A stretch of DNA of 64,000 nt from Camelus dromedarius (lineage: Eukaryota), in the NCBI RefSeq assembly GCF_036321535.1, contig NC_087437.1, positions 103,604,001-103,668,000 on the forward strand, in the 5' to 3' direction. The position numbers were made by a program, and so were the translations under genes. Below are positions 1 to 11,730 of the stretch, one piece after another. Each line of letters starts with the position of its first letter. Position 1 is the stretch's first letter. The notes under the pieces were generated by a model, which saw nothing but the letters and a program-made list of their open reading frames with translations, had not been told where the DNA came from and made no database searches.

Positions 1-2244
1 TTATGTTTTTTAAATTTAATTTTTACAGTTAATTACTATTATTGTATTTTACAAAAGTAATGGCCCATGTGGAATTGGAAATGTAGGATTTTTGGTCATC
101 ACAGATAGCACTTGTCTAGGCCATTGCCTTGAAAAACTGTTAAGTGACAGACTTGGTCAAGACCTCAAATTTGTCAAGACACCAACCTGTCAGCAGATAA
201 GAGGTGTATCAAGAAAAGGGAACAGGTGCTTGAAAGCCAGGAATGCTGGTGTAATCAGTTGATTCATTCTTGAACTTATTCTCTTCACTTTGGAGTTCAT
301 GCTTAGTGCAAGCTTAACAAGACTTTCACTATTTATTATGTGGGCCAATATGAGGACATACATATAAATGAACTTTATAAGTACATATAGTTTTCAAGTA
401 TTTATTTTTCTTGGTCCCCTACCTATTTCATGAGGATTTTTGATCCACAAGCAAAATTACTTGGACTGTATGTTTTAATGTTGCAGAACAAACACTAATA
501 AGAATGCCATTCTTAATTCCACATTTAGTATGCAGGTGGTTTGCACACAGACATACACTCAGAGCAAAGGAAAGTATATTTTATTTAGTACTTATCAAGG
601 CATTCCAGAATAGTTCCTGAGTTCGTCATCACTGGGGTCTCTTTTGCCAACTGGTAACTCAGATATTACTTATTTTTAAGAAATTGTAGGAAGTAAAAAT
701 ACTCTTTAATATTTAAGTTTTGTATTATTTTATAATATTGACCACTTAAAAATTAGTTTAGGTTACCTTGTTTATTTTTGTTCCTTCATTAACCATGGAT
801 GTGGTCAATGAAACAAACATATACGTATGTATATATATTCCTAATACTAGATACCTATTTATTAAAAATATCTATTAAGCATTAAATTCATCAGATATAG
901 TTTTGAAAGTTAGGGATATTATGCAAGTAAACTATTTAGAACCACATGAACTAATGAAATAATTCTAAAGAGAAATTTATACTCATTTTATTTATGATTT
1001 TTCTCAGTAACATAACAAGATAATCTAAAGAACACAAATTGATAAAAAACTCTTTTTCAGAAACAACAATAAATTCATATGGTAAGATATTAACAGACTA
1101 TTTTTATCATCAATTTTACTATTGATTATAATAATTGTTTAGAACATAGAGTGAAAATGTCCAAGTAATCATACTATAAAATAGATTTTATCATTAGTGA
1201 CTGTGACAACATTAATAATTTACTTATTTTGTTCACATTATTTTTAAATTGCAGATTCTATCCCTGACATGGGAAAATTTTTTTAAACTCAAAATGAAGA
1301 GTAATCTATATCCCTAGACTTCCTTACTGTCATCATGAACTAAGTTATATGTTAGCTGTGAAAAAACAAAATAATACAATTAACTTTAAGAAGTACAAAA
1401 ATGATAGTACCTGAGGATTTCCTAAATTTGGCTAAATTTTTTAACATTTCAATTTTGGTAGTGAATAAATTTTCACAATGAATCAGTAAATAAAATGTTA
1501 TTTATCTGTATTTATCAGTAAAATAAATGTATTTATAAGTGAAATACTGGAGATCCAGTCAAAATAGCATTCTTAATGTTTCTTAGTCCAAAAAGAAACT
1601 CTCACTCCAGGAAAGCAATGTAGGCGAATTTGAGGGAGGTGAGAGAAGAAGGTACAAGGAAATCCCTCCTTTGTCTCTAAACTATGACAGTACTCCTTTT
1701 GAAGTTTTGACTTAACAAAAGTGAGTATTATGGTTATATGTAAATATGCACATTTTCTATCAAACTTTATACTACAGTAGATTTGCACTAGAAAACATTA
1801 AGTCTCAGGGTTTAATTTTGTTAGTAATAACATCAGTACTGTTAGTAAGATAGTCATAGCAGCAATATTGATAAAAAAAATTAGTAAGAATACTAGCCAT
1901 GGATTATAGGGTGGTTACTCTGACTGGAACCACACAGTAAGATTTTTGAATTTATTACCACTTTTTATCCAATCACAATATGTGAGACATTATCATTTAT
2001 GGGGAGCAATAATCTACTTGAAGAGGTGCATCTAGAATGAGCATTAAAGACACTGGCACCATCAGAGAAGAGTATCTGTGTTTGGCAGATATGGGAAGTG
2101 TGGTTAAGACTGTGGGGTAAGAATGTTTTGAGACTCAGAAATGTTGCACATATAATGAATGATAGTGCTAGTAAGAGAATTTAAATCTCATGATCAAAGG
2201 TCAATGTGCTGAAATCTCATACCTTCTCACTGGTTCTGACAGAT

Positions 2245-2495
2245 GATAGTGTGTGCACTGGCTGAGAGTCTTAATTCTGGAATCACCCTGCCTTGTTTGA
2301 ATTTTGCTTGCACTATTTACAATCACTACGGTGATGTTGCATAGATTACTTACTTCCTCTGTGCCTTAGTTTCCTCATTTATAAAATGGAGACAATAATA
2401 AGACCTCCTTGATAAGATAGCTATAAAAGTGGCCTATGTTAATAGATAATATATATTTCAAGTGTTTCAACTGTGCCAGGCAAATGGTAAGCATG
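2245..2495 (+). mobile_element. MIR SINE, diverged
   Basis: MIR core-like 'cttcctctgtgccttagtttcctcatttataaaatggagacaataata' and 3' end 'gtgccaggcaaatggtaagc'. Confidence 0.8.
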
Positions 2496-3265
2496 CCTTA
2501 TCATTTCCTAAGGCTAAGATTCCTCATTGTGAAGGCTGAAAACTTTAAGCAGGCTTGTATGATTGCCTGGCTTATTTAGCAGTTTAGTTGTTTTTAAGCA
2601 AATAATTGCATTTGTTTATACATAGATAATTAATATTCTAAGACATTTAAGTAGCTTTCATCCAGGTGGGAAAAAATATATAATGATTCCATTTTAATGT
2701 TGCTGAAGGTAAAATACAAGTGTAGTCACAAATGATGTCTGGACATGTATATCACATTCTTCTAGCCAGATGTTGATGTGAGATTTTTTTTTTTTACTAT
2801 TTATATTACATTGCATAGGTGATTCTGGAAAAAGCAGTTGTCAGTATTTATCAAATTACCAGATGTTAATGTGCAAAATAAAGTATTCAGAAGAATGACG
2901 ATGAGCTGAATAGACTTTCTCTTTAGCCAACACGACTGGTAGAGTTGCTGTGAATTTTTAGCACCCAAAGTGAGTATATTTCTAAAACCATATTGCATAT
3001 GTTGTTCCCCATGAATAAGTGAAAATGTGGTGTTATAAGGGGACAGTAGCTTTGCGTTGCTAATACAGCCATCCAAAATAAACATTTTCAAATATATTTG
3101 TATAAGTGTGAGTTTTTCAGGGAAAGAAATCACATAATTTTCTTTAGCATTCAACTAGTAAAACTGGGGCTCTGTTGTCAGAGAAGAGAAAAATCTGCAA
3201 ATTTCTGGATAATTTTAGTAAAACCTGTCCACCACTTAAAGCATTTAGAGGACTGATTTAGCCAT

Positions 3266-4076
3266 TATTATGGGCTTTGAAGTGTGACCCTCCAAAATTC
3301 ATATATGTTGAAGTCCTAACCTCCAGTAGCTCAGATGTTCAAAAATTTATAAACAGAAACCTCAATTAAAATAGAGTCAGGAGAGCAAACAGGGGAGCCT
3401 GAATGCCCTAGGATGCTAGCAGAACCCAACAGGAAGGAAAATGACCTCCTCTTCTCCCCTGGCAAGAGCTCAGCCAGTGAGAGACTGTCACAAATCAGCT
3501 GATGAAAAGCCACTATACTTGAACTCTCAAATCTTTCAAAGGGCTCTTTGTTTACCATAGCCCTCCCAACTTCCTTTTACCCTCTTTAAAGAAGTTCTCT
3601 TCTCCTTGTTGTTGGGGGGGATTTGATGTGGCTTGCCACAGTTGAAGACCTTGAATTACAATTCTTTACTGATTCTGAATAAACTCAATTTTATGGGAGA
3701 AATAGCTGGCAGTCTACTTGTTGTAGGTCAACAGATGTGACTGTTTTTGGAGGTAGGGTCTCTACAGAGATAATTAAGTAAAAATTAGGTCTCTACGGTG
3801 GGTCTTAATCTTGTAAGACTGATGTCCTTATGAAAGAGTAAATTTGGACAGTTATGCAGAGGGAAGATGCTGTGAAGACAAGGAGAAGATAAGTACCTTT
3901 GGACTAAGGAGATAGGCCTGGGAAGAGATCCTTTCCTCAACGTCTCAAAAGGAGCAAATCCTGCAGACACCGTGATCTTGGACTCCTGTCTTTCTCCAGA
4001 ACTGTGAAAACATGTTTAGTTGTTTAAGCCACCCAGAGTGTAATGCTTTGTTCCAGCAGCCCTAGCAAGTGATACG
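3266..4076 (+). mobile_element. MLT1B/C-like MaLR solo LTR, interrupted at 3336-3733
   Basis: 5' 'tattatgggc..ccaaaattcatatatgttgaagtcctaacctccagta'; 3' 'ccagaactgtga..tgtttaagccaccca..cagccctagcaa'; 5-bp flanks gccat (3261-3265) / gcctt (4077-4081). Confidence 0.9.
3336..3733 (+). mobile_element. ERV1-like solo LTR nested inside the MLT1
   Basis: TGTT...AACA termini, AATAAA near 3678; the MLT1 sequence resumes directly after it ('gatgtgactgtttttggaggtagggtc'). Confidence 0.8.
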
Positions 4077-6679
4077 GCCTTATTCAACTTTCACTGACAT
4101 TTGGTTGACAATTTTCCAATTCACTCTTTTGTGAGAGCTTGTTATATTCCCCTTACAGGAAGAAAGTAATTTTTGTGTCAACATTTCCATCTAGCAACTC
4201 TCTACTTTGAGTTTCAGTGGAGGAGATTGATACAGAGTGCACAAAAATGAAAATCAATATGGACACTTATTTTCACAGAAGAGAGTAAGAGGAAATACTG
4301 GAATAACAGAATTTCAACTTTTATATTACAACTTTCCAAACTGTGGATCTGGAGGTGTGCTAAAATCTCTGCTGGTAGGTTTATCTTTGTCTACTTCAGT
4401 TGGAATGCCTGTTCTAGGTTCAAAGCTTGCAAGGGTGGGTTACATGGCTTTGCTTGTGATTCCAAAATTTCTTTCTCTAATGACATCCAAGAGGCCCAGT
4501 GAAATTGCCAACAGTGCTTGGTTTCTTTCACATGCAACTTTCTTGGGCCAGCTCAAATGGTTCAGTTGCCTCAGGGAACCTCACTCTTCCAGGGAAGGCC
4601 CAGGTATAAGATACTGTGAATAAACCAGGATAGAACTAATTTCATTGCCTGAAATAATTCATCCTCTTGTTGAGAAGATAAACAAGGAAGCAAATAAATT
4701 ATAATACATCATGATAAATGCAGTAATACCTGTGCAGTATGACAGTGGCTCAAAGGAAGACAGAGGATAAGTCTGAGGGCAGAGAAGTGAGAAATCATTG
4801 TTTGCTTCTGGTTTACGAAGCCACGCCCCAGGGACATTTGCTGTTGTTAAAATCTAGATGTGGAAGAAATTACTTGTTTCCTATTGTCTGGCCTCCTCAA
4901 ATAACTTTTATCTTTGCTCCAAGTTAATTCAGACTCTTCAAAGAAGTCATGATTTCCTGGTCCACAAATCGGGGGTGATATTGAAAGCAACTTGATAGAT
5001 TCCACTTCTGGGCTTGATATAGATCTTTATTAGACAGCATTCAGTTTTAAATAATGGAATATGAGTGACTGATCAATGACCTATCACCAATTATATATTT
5101 CAGAACTGCTACTGGTTTTAAAACCTAGTAAAAGGAAACTACACCTTACAAGTCAGAAAAGTCAGAGGAATTCACAGCTCCATCATTGACCTTGTCAAAC
5201 TTAAGAGTTGTTTTGGAAGTTGTAAAGTAGGCTGTAATAAAAATAGAGTAAGGTCAGGTCCAAAGGTGACAGAGATGTATTTACATTTGAAGGAAAATGT
5301 ATTTTTTCAGTTTTTATTTTTCTAGTTTTGACCTTCATAATTTGGAATTATTTATAATAATGAAATGACTATTACTGAAATTATTGAATAAAAAATTAGC
5401 TATTACATGTCTGGCGCCTTGGTTTCTCGTTGAAACAAAAAATGTAAGATATTTCTAGGTCATATAGTTTTCCCAAGAATATAGCTATTATTAGAAAGAA
5501 TGTATTTTCCTTTTAATAACACAACAAACATTTAGATAGATATAAGATTTGAAATGTACATAGGTACACAACACATGTAATCAATTTTGTAAACTATTGA
5601 TTAGTGAATAATGTAAAAAACGTAACTATAAAAGAAAAAACTTCAGGTGCATTAAGTCCTGTATATTTCTACATCACATAATATCAATCACTAATATACT
5701 ATAAAATATTCTTACTTGGAAAATTTTGGCTTCAATAAGGGAATATGTTTCTGCATATGCAAATATACATTTATATTTGTATTAACATTTATTTTAATAT
5801 TAAACTTTAGTTTCTGTCCTGTACTAAGAAAAATCTTTTCATTCATTTACTTTAAAAATTGAGGTTTTGTGGCCTGCATGATTTTATACAAATACATTGA
5901 GTTTGTATATATTCTTGCAATATACTCACTATATTTTACAATTGTGTCTATGAGTTTATTCTAACACAATTATCTTACAACAAATCAAAATTCTATTAAT
6001 AGAAAACCTATTGTGTACTTGACTATAATATTTATTGACAAAGACAGAACTTTCTAATAAACCAGATAAATGCCAAGCTTACTTTGGCAATAGAGAGTGA
6101 AACATTAATTCATTTAGATTACATATGTAAAACACAAAATATTTTATTTTTAACAAAGATAATCTATATAAATTCATTTAAATTAAAACTCACAAATTTC
6201 GATTTTATAAAACTATTCAAATTACTGAGGCCACAGACTAACTTTATTTTTTTCACTCAAAATAATTTCTCCATAATATTTTATTAACATGGCCTAAACA
6301 TGGCAAGACATTGGTAGGTATATACTTTTCATAAGAAAATGTATTTTCTTTTTACATCTTTTCATAAAAATACAGAAAAACATAATTTCTATATATATGA
6401 GATTTAAATCTTTAAGACCTTTTTTCACATAATTATTTCAGTGCTACTTACTTTTTATTTATTTATTTTTAGTTTCTAGATTACATTCAAAAATTGTGCA
6501 GTTTTATAAGCTCTACCTTTATTGAAGAACAGCAGGATTGAAGAGACCTTTCATTGGAAAACAAACTGCCTGCCTGTCACCCAGACAACCGCATGGCTCT
6601 CCCTGGAGTGGAGAGAGGATGGAATAGTTCCTGCTCATCCTTATTCCACACTAAGTGATACTGATTTTATCCTGGGTCC

Positions 6680-6801
6680 TGACGTACAAACTCAGGAGCT
6701 TACCAAAGGACCCAGTATGACTGACGTAACTACGTGGATATATAAAATTACTTCGCTAAAGTGCATTGATCAAAAGCGTACCCCCTAAACATGAGACGTC
6801 A
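6680..6801 (+). promoter_or_regulatory. Candidate promoter: CRE half-sites plus TATA box
   Basis: TGACGTA 6680-6686, TGACGTAA 6722-6729, TATAAAA 6741-6747, AGACGTCA 6794-6801; locally retained CpGs. Confidence 0.35.
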
Positions 6802-7642
6802 TGTAAACTGGTTAGAAATTATTCAGTTAGTTGGGGGGATACATAAACACTATTGGGTTAAATGTGAAGATAAACCAAAACAAGTATCAAACTAAGAATT
6901 CTGTGTTGGATCCAACTTTGGTGCTCCTGTGCCTGCTTCCCCTTGGTCCAAATCACCTTGGTCTCATCTGGCCCCTGGGCTTTGGCATCTTGCTCAGTAG
7001 AGAGCTCTAACTGCCTCCTGCACCGGCACCACGGTCTTTGCTAACTTCTTCAGGGGAAGTCCACACAACTCTGCTTCCAGGGGACAGGAGGCATTTTTTC
7101 ATCAGTCAAGACCTGGATTTCAAATGTAAGTGCCACAAGATTGCAGCTCACAATGAAATATTAGCATTTAAGCTTCACTTCAAGCTTTATTTATTTATTT
7201 TTTAGACTTTCCAGGTTATAAACCATCTCATTCTGGACCAGACTTTTATTATTTTTTTTAATTAAAACACTTACCAGGATTTAACTTTTACTACACAGAT
7301 ATAGCAATGCTTTATAAGAATTCATTTTAATAAAATAGCTATTTTGTTTGCATGTATTTTAGAAACTAATGATTTCCCAAAGGTAAGAATTCCTTTTATT
7401 TAAATTTCTGTCTTTCTCCAAATAACAGAACAATTACAGTAACACTAAAAACTGTATTAAGAGCTAATTATGTGCCAGGATACTTTCTCACTTAATTTGA
7501 GTCTTTAAATCTATGCCTACTCTGTGAAGATAATTTTTCTTCCTAGTATTCATCCTGATACTTCATTTATTCTAATAAGTGTTTACAATCTATTTAATGG
7601 TTTTGTGATCTAGCCTTCCCGTGACTGTGTGGGAGCACATAT

Positions 7643-7644
<2 letters not shown>

Positions 7645-7680
<36 letters not shown>
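7645..7680. repeat. (GT)18 microsatellite
   Basis: Perfect dinucleotide run. Confidence 0.98.
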
Positions 7681-7682
<2 letters not shown>

Positions 7683-9277
7683 CTTTGCAAGTCTGTTACA
7701 TCAAGGCATAAATTAGCTGCTAAACGAGTAATTATCGTGATTCTTACTCAACATAGTGAACATAATCTTGGAAATTTTAGGATATGTTTTTATAATATGT
7801 TTTCGCTTAACTGTAACTAGCAGAGAAAAATGATAAGAACCATAAAAAAATTCCTGAGGGTAAACAGTACTCCAAGGAACAAGCCACGAATTGTTTTCCT
7901 GAACTCACAACAACTTCCAATGTAGGATGACATGGTAGAAAGAGCAATAGACTGAATGCTAATGACAACTTCTAGTATTCTTGGTGTGGAGGAAGAAATT
8001 AGAGAATATTTCTTCAACTTTCAATTCCTTTATCTTACTATCTGTACAATAAGAAACTTGGACAGCAACTTCTCTTGGGTCTACTCCAGTGACAAGCTTT
8101 TGTAATTTTAGTGGAAAACAATTTAAAAATAAATCAGAGTTTGTTCTAATGAATACTATTTCAAGTTACACTGAATAGTTTAAATGAGTAATATTGTATT
8201 GAAGGGATCTCAATGGGCATAATGACAAAAAGGGAAGGGAAAGATATCATTGTTAAATTGTAAAATGATTTTTTCTGTTATTACTGAAAGTCTTCAGTTA
8301 CTAATTCCCATTTGATGTGCCTTCATATAGGCCATTATAAATGTCTTTTTTGTATATTTGTATTATTTTAATGTTCCAAGTCTAATAAAATCTTATTGCA
8401 AATAAATCAATTAATTTGAACAGTTCTACAGTATGTGTTTTGATAATTCTGCATCTAACAACTAGCATAACTGTTTCTGACAATGAACAGTAGTAGACTG
8501 GAATGATCTGGGAAGCCAGAAATGGCCCTAGGGAGTATTTTATCTGATTTATATTAGTGCTGTAGCTTTTCTTACAAGTTGTTATAAAAAAGCAATCCAC
8601 CCTCTGTCCTCTAAGTCCAGATCAATGCATAGATACAATTTGAGGGAGAAAAATTATTAAAAGTGAAGCAGGCAAAATCTGCAATATTAAATGATTTCCT
8701 GTTTGAAGGCAACTTAAGACAGATTAAAGCAAAAGCCCCAGAAAATATGCAAATCAATGTTAAGAACTATAGATTAAAAAAGTATGGCATGTTCTAAATC
8801 TCATCTGTGAATTAAGTGCACATTTATTATTAAATAATACACCTCCACATAGTGTTTCAGTATTTGTGCGAAAGGAGTAAACCATAGATATGAAGTGTAT
8901 TAATCTAGTATGTTAGACTTGGACTCTCTTTCTCTGTGAGAAAATTCCACAGCCCTCTCAATATGTTTGTGTGTTTCATGAAGTCTAGGTTTTCGTGTTC
9001 ACTTTGGACCTCAGAATTTTACTTTGCAAAATTCTGAATAGATTTTACTGTATCACTCTGGCCCAAGGATTTTCCTTCTGGGTCATCTGAGTTCAGAAAT
9101 GTAACTGAGACTACTTTTTTGATTTCCACCAAAGATAAGAACACAAATTTTAAAAGCCTTTAAAAAAGAAAAAAAGAAAAAAAAGAAGAATGTTAGTAAA
9201 ATCCAATAAGGAATTTTGGAGTTTCTAAGTCATCAGGGAAATTAAAAGACCTTCAAAGAGAAAACTGTCTAAAAAAC

Positions 9278-9772
9278 TGTGAAGGGTCTGTGATTTTTAT
9301 ATACTTTCAAACTAGCAATTTAACTTGCCACACAGTTTCATGGATGCCAGCAGGAGACAAGAGCTTATTGGTTCAGAAAAACAAAAAGAAAGTATCACTC
9401 GTGGCAGAGCAGGAAGTATGAGCCTCGTGTTTGTATCAATTCCACTTGCCCCACAAGTTCCACTGGGGTGATGCAGAGGTTGTCCCAGTCAAATGTTGAC
9501 CGAGGAAGCCCACACTTGAGAAATGCCAATTGCTATAAAGGGACTGCAAGCACACATTCCCAAGTTTTGCAACACAATAAAATATTAACTTTCTTATCCT
9601 GGACAGCGAACAAATCAGTCCTTTGCTCTGGAGGGAGAGAGTCTCTCTATTTTCCACAGTATTTTGCTATACAAACAACCTTGAAGAGGTAGTCCAGAAC
9701 AAAAGCTGTCCATGACTCCTCTCAAAAGAGAGAGAGAAACAAGAGAGAACTATGGAGAATTGCCTCCCAATT
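9278..9772 (-). mobile_element. LTR40-like ERVL solo LTR
   Basis: Begins 'tgtgaagggtctgtgatttt..cttgccacacagtttcatggatgccagcaggagac' and ends 'tatggagaattgcctcccaa', like the reverse complement of LTR40-type consensus. Confidence 0.75.
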
Positions 9773-10820
9773 GTCACATTTTATAATAGCTTTACATGGA
9801 ATTATCTGGGATCGATGCTTTCTGTACCTTATCCTTTGCTTTTTCTTTCTGAGTCTGCTTTATTCTATCTGCTCAATCCTTTTCATTTCTAATTCAGAAA
9901 GATTAACTGATCTTTCATTCAATGACTTAAGATCTCAGAATTTACTCCAAGGGATAAATTAATTTATTTTTATTACAAGGACTTCTGTTTCAGGGTGATA
10001 CTAAATTTCCAGCTAATAAGGAACTGTTTTTCTTTTTTCTATACTACTTCAGTAATATATTTGCCAAATCTAGAGGTCACAAATTTGTTGTTTATTTCTG
10101 TACCATTTCAGGGAAAGAAAAACATACATCTATGGAGATTATTCTATTAAAATTATATAACCAAAATTAATTTATATGCAAATTAATGTTGGAGGCTATT
10201 AGCTCCAGAAAAAGAAGACTATGCTAAATCATAATCTCCAGATTCAAGCTACAGTTTATTTTATAAAAGCCATTTACCTGTATTGCTAGGATTAATAAAT
10301 GATGGGAAAATGGAGGTGGGGGGCATGAATCTGGATACTTTACATACATAGAGAATATCCAAAATTGCCTAAATTGGACAGAAAAAGGCCTCTTTTAAGC
10401 AATTTGAATAATTGACATCAAGAAGTAGATATCTAAATAATAAAGGGGAAAAGGAAAAAAAAACTAAAACAAATATAAGTAAAAAATAATAGAAAATTAG
10501 GCAAATTAAGGATATGTTTTAAAATGCATAATTGAATCAACATGACATAGGATGGCAAAGTATATTTATATATATTCTAAATATTCTATAAATATAAATA
10601 TATATAAATAAAATTATGGATATATATATATATTTTTTTTTTTTTGAGAGAAAGAGCAAATCCAGTTTCTGAGTACAAATGAGGAATATATCCTGGGAGG
10701 AAGTATTTTATATATGAAGAGAAAATATGAAAGAAAATCAATAAATAGGTTTTGGTCTCTATGATTTTAAATCCCTACTTAGTATTTTTTTAAAAAATCA
10801 ATGGGAAAAAAGATTGTTAT

Positions 10821-10844
10821 AATAATAATAATAATAATAATAAT
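10821..10844. repeat. (AAT)8 microsatellite
   Basis: Perfect trinucleotide run. Confidence 0.95.
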
Positions 10845-11296
10845 ATAATAATATAAAAATTTTAGTTTTCCTTTGATACATCTGGCACATCCCTATACAT
10901 CGTATGTTGAAAAGATATAAATTTGAAAGTTAGTTATACAATAAAGGTCTGAATCACCTCTAAGTAATGTACTATTTCTTCTATTTAAGAGATTTATAAA
11001 TATTTCTGCTTAAAGACCTTTTTAATATAGGAATATTAATCTGTCACTGGCATAATGGCTATATCTGAAAGTATCTACATGGCACTGATTTTTGTTTAAC
11101 ATAAAATTTCAATTACTAAAAACATAAGAGCAATTGACTGGTATATCAGAATTTCTGGATTCATAACCTGACATGTTAATGGCAAGCTCTGTGATTTGGG
11201 CAAGATTATTTCCTCATTTTGTTTTCACAATTCCAAAGTATGCATGTTGGTGAAGACAATGCCCAAGTGACAGTTGGGTTTTAGAATTTCACGTTG

Positions 11297-11730
11297 ACAC
11301 TTAGGTTGCTTCCATATCTTAGACACTGTAAATAGCACTACAATGAATAGAGGGGTACATATACCTTCTTGAATTAGTGCTTTCATTTCCTTTGGATACA
11401 TACCCAGAAGTGGAATTGTTATCATATAGGTAGTCCTTGTTTCAGTTTTTTGAGCAACCTCCATACTGTTTTCCATTGTTGCCACACCAGTTTACAAGAG
11501 TGATGAAAGGTACACTCTTACAGCTATGAAATAAATAAGTGGGTATAATGTATTCATAAGGAATACAGTCAATAATATTCTAACAGCTTTGTATGGTGAT
11601 GTGTGGTGATGGTCTTATTGAGGTTATCAGCTTGTAACATATAAAAATATTGAATCACTGTGTTGTATACCTGAAGCTAATGTAATATTGTATGTTAATT
11701 ATAACAATAAAAAGGCAAATAAATACATAA
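11297..11730 (+). mobile_element. 5'-inverted truncated L1 (ORF2 C-terminal piece on -, 3'UTR on +)
   Basis: Minus-strand ORF reads ENSMEV..IPLLGMYPKE..CTPLFIVVLFTVSKIWKQPKC (L1 ORF2 C-terminus). From ~11496 the plus strand is L1 3'UTR ending AATAAA plus an A-rich tail. Confidence 0.9.

Noticed and set aside
2819..2969. Exon-like block (tgcatag ... AA|GTGAGT)
   Set aside because: Stops in all three frames; at most a non-coding exon, with no further support.
4237..4623. Longest ORF in the track (128 aa)
   Set aside because: GTG start, no recognisable domain and no supporting exon structure; compatible with chance.
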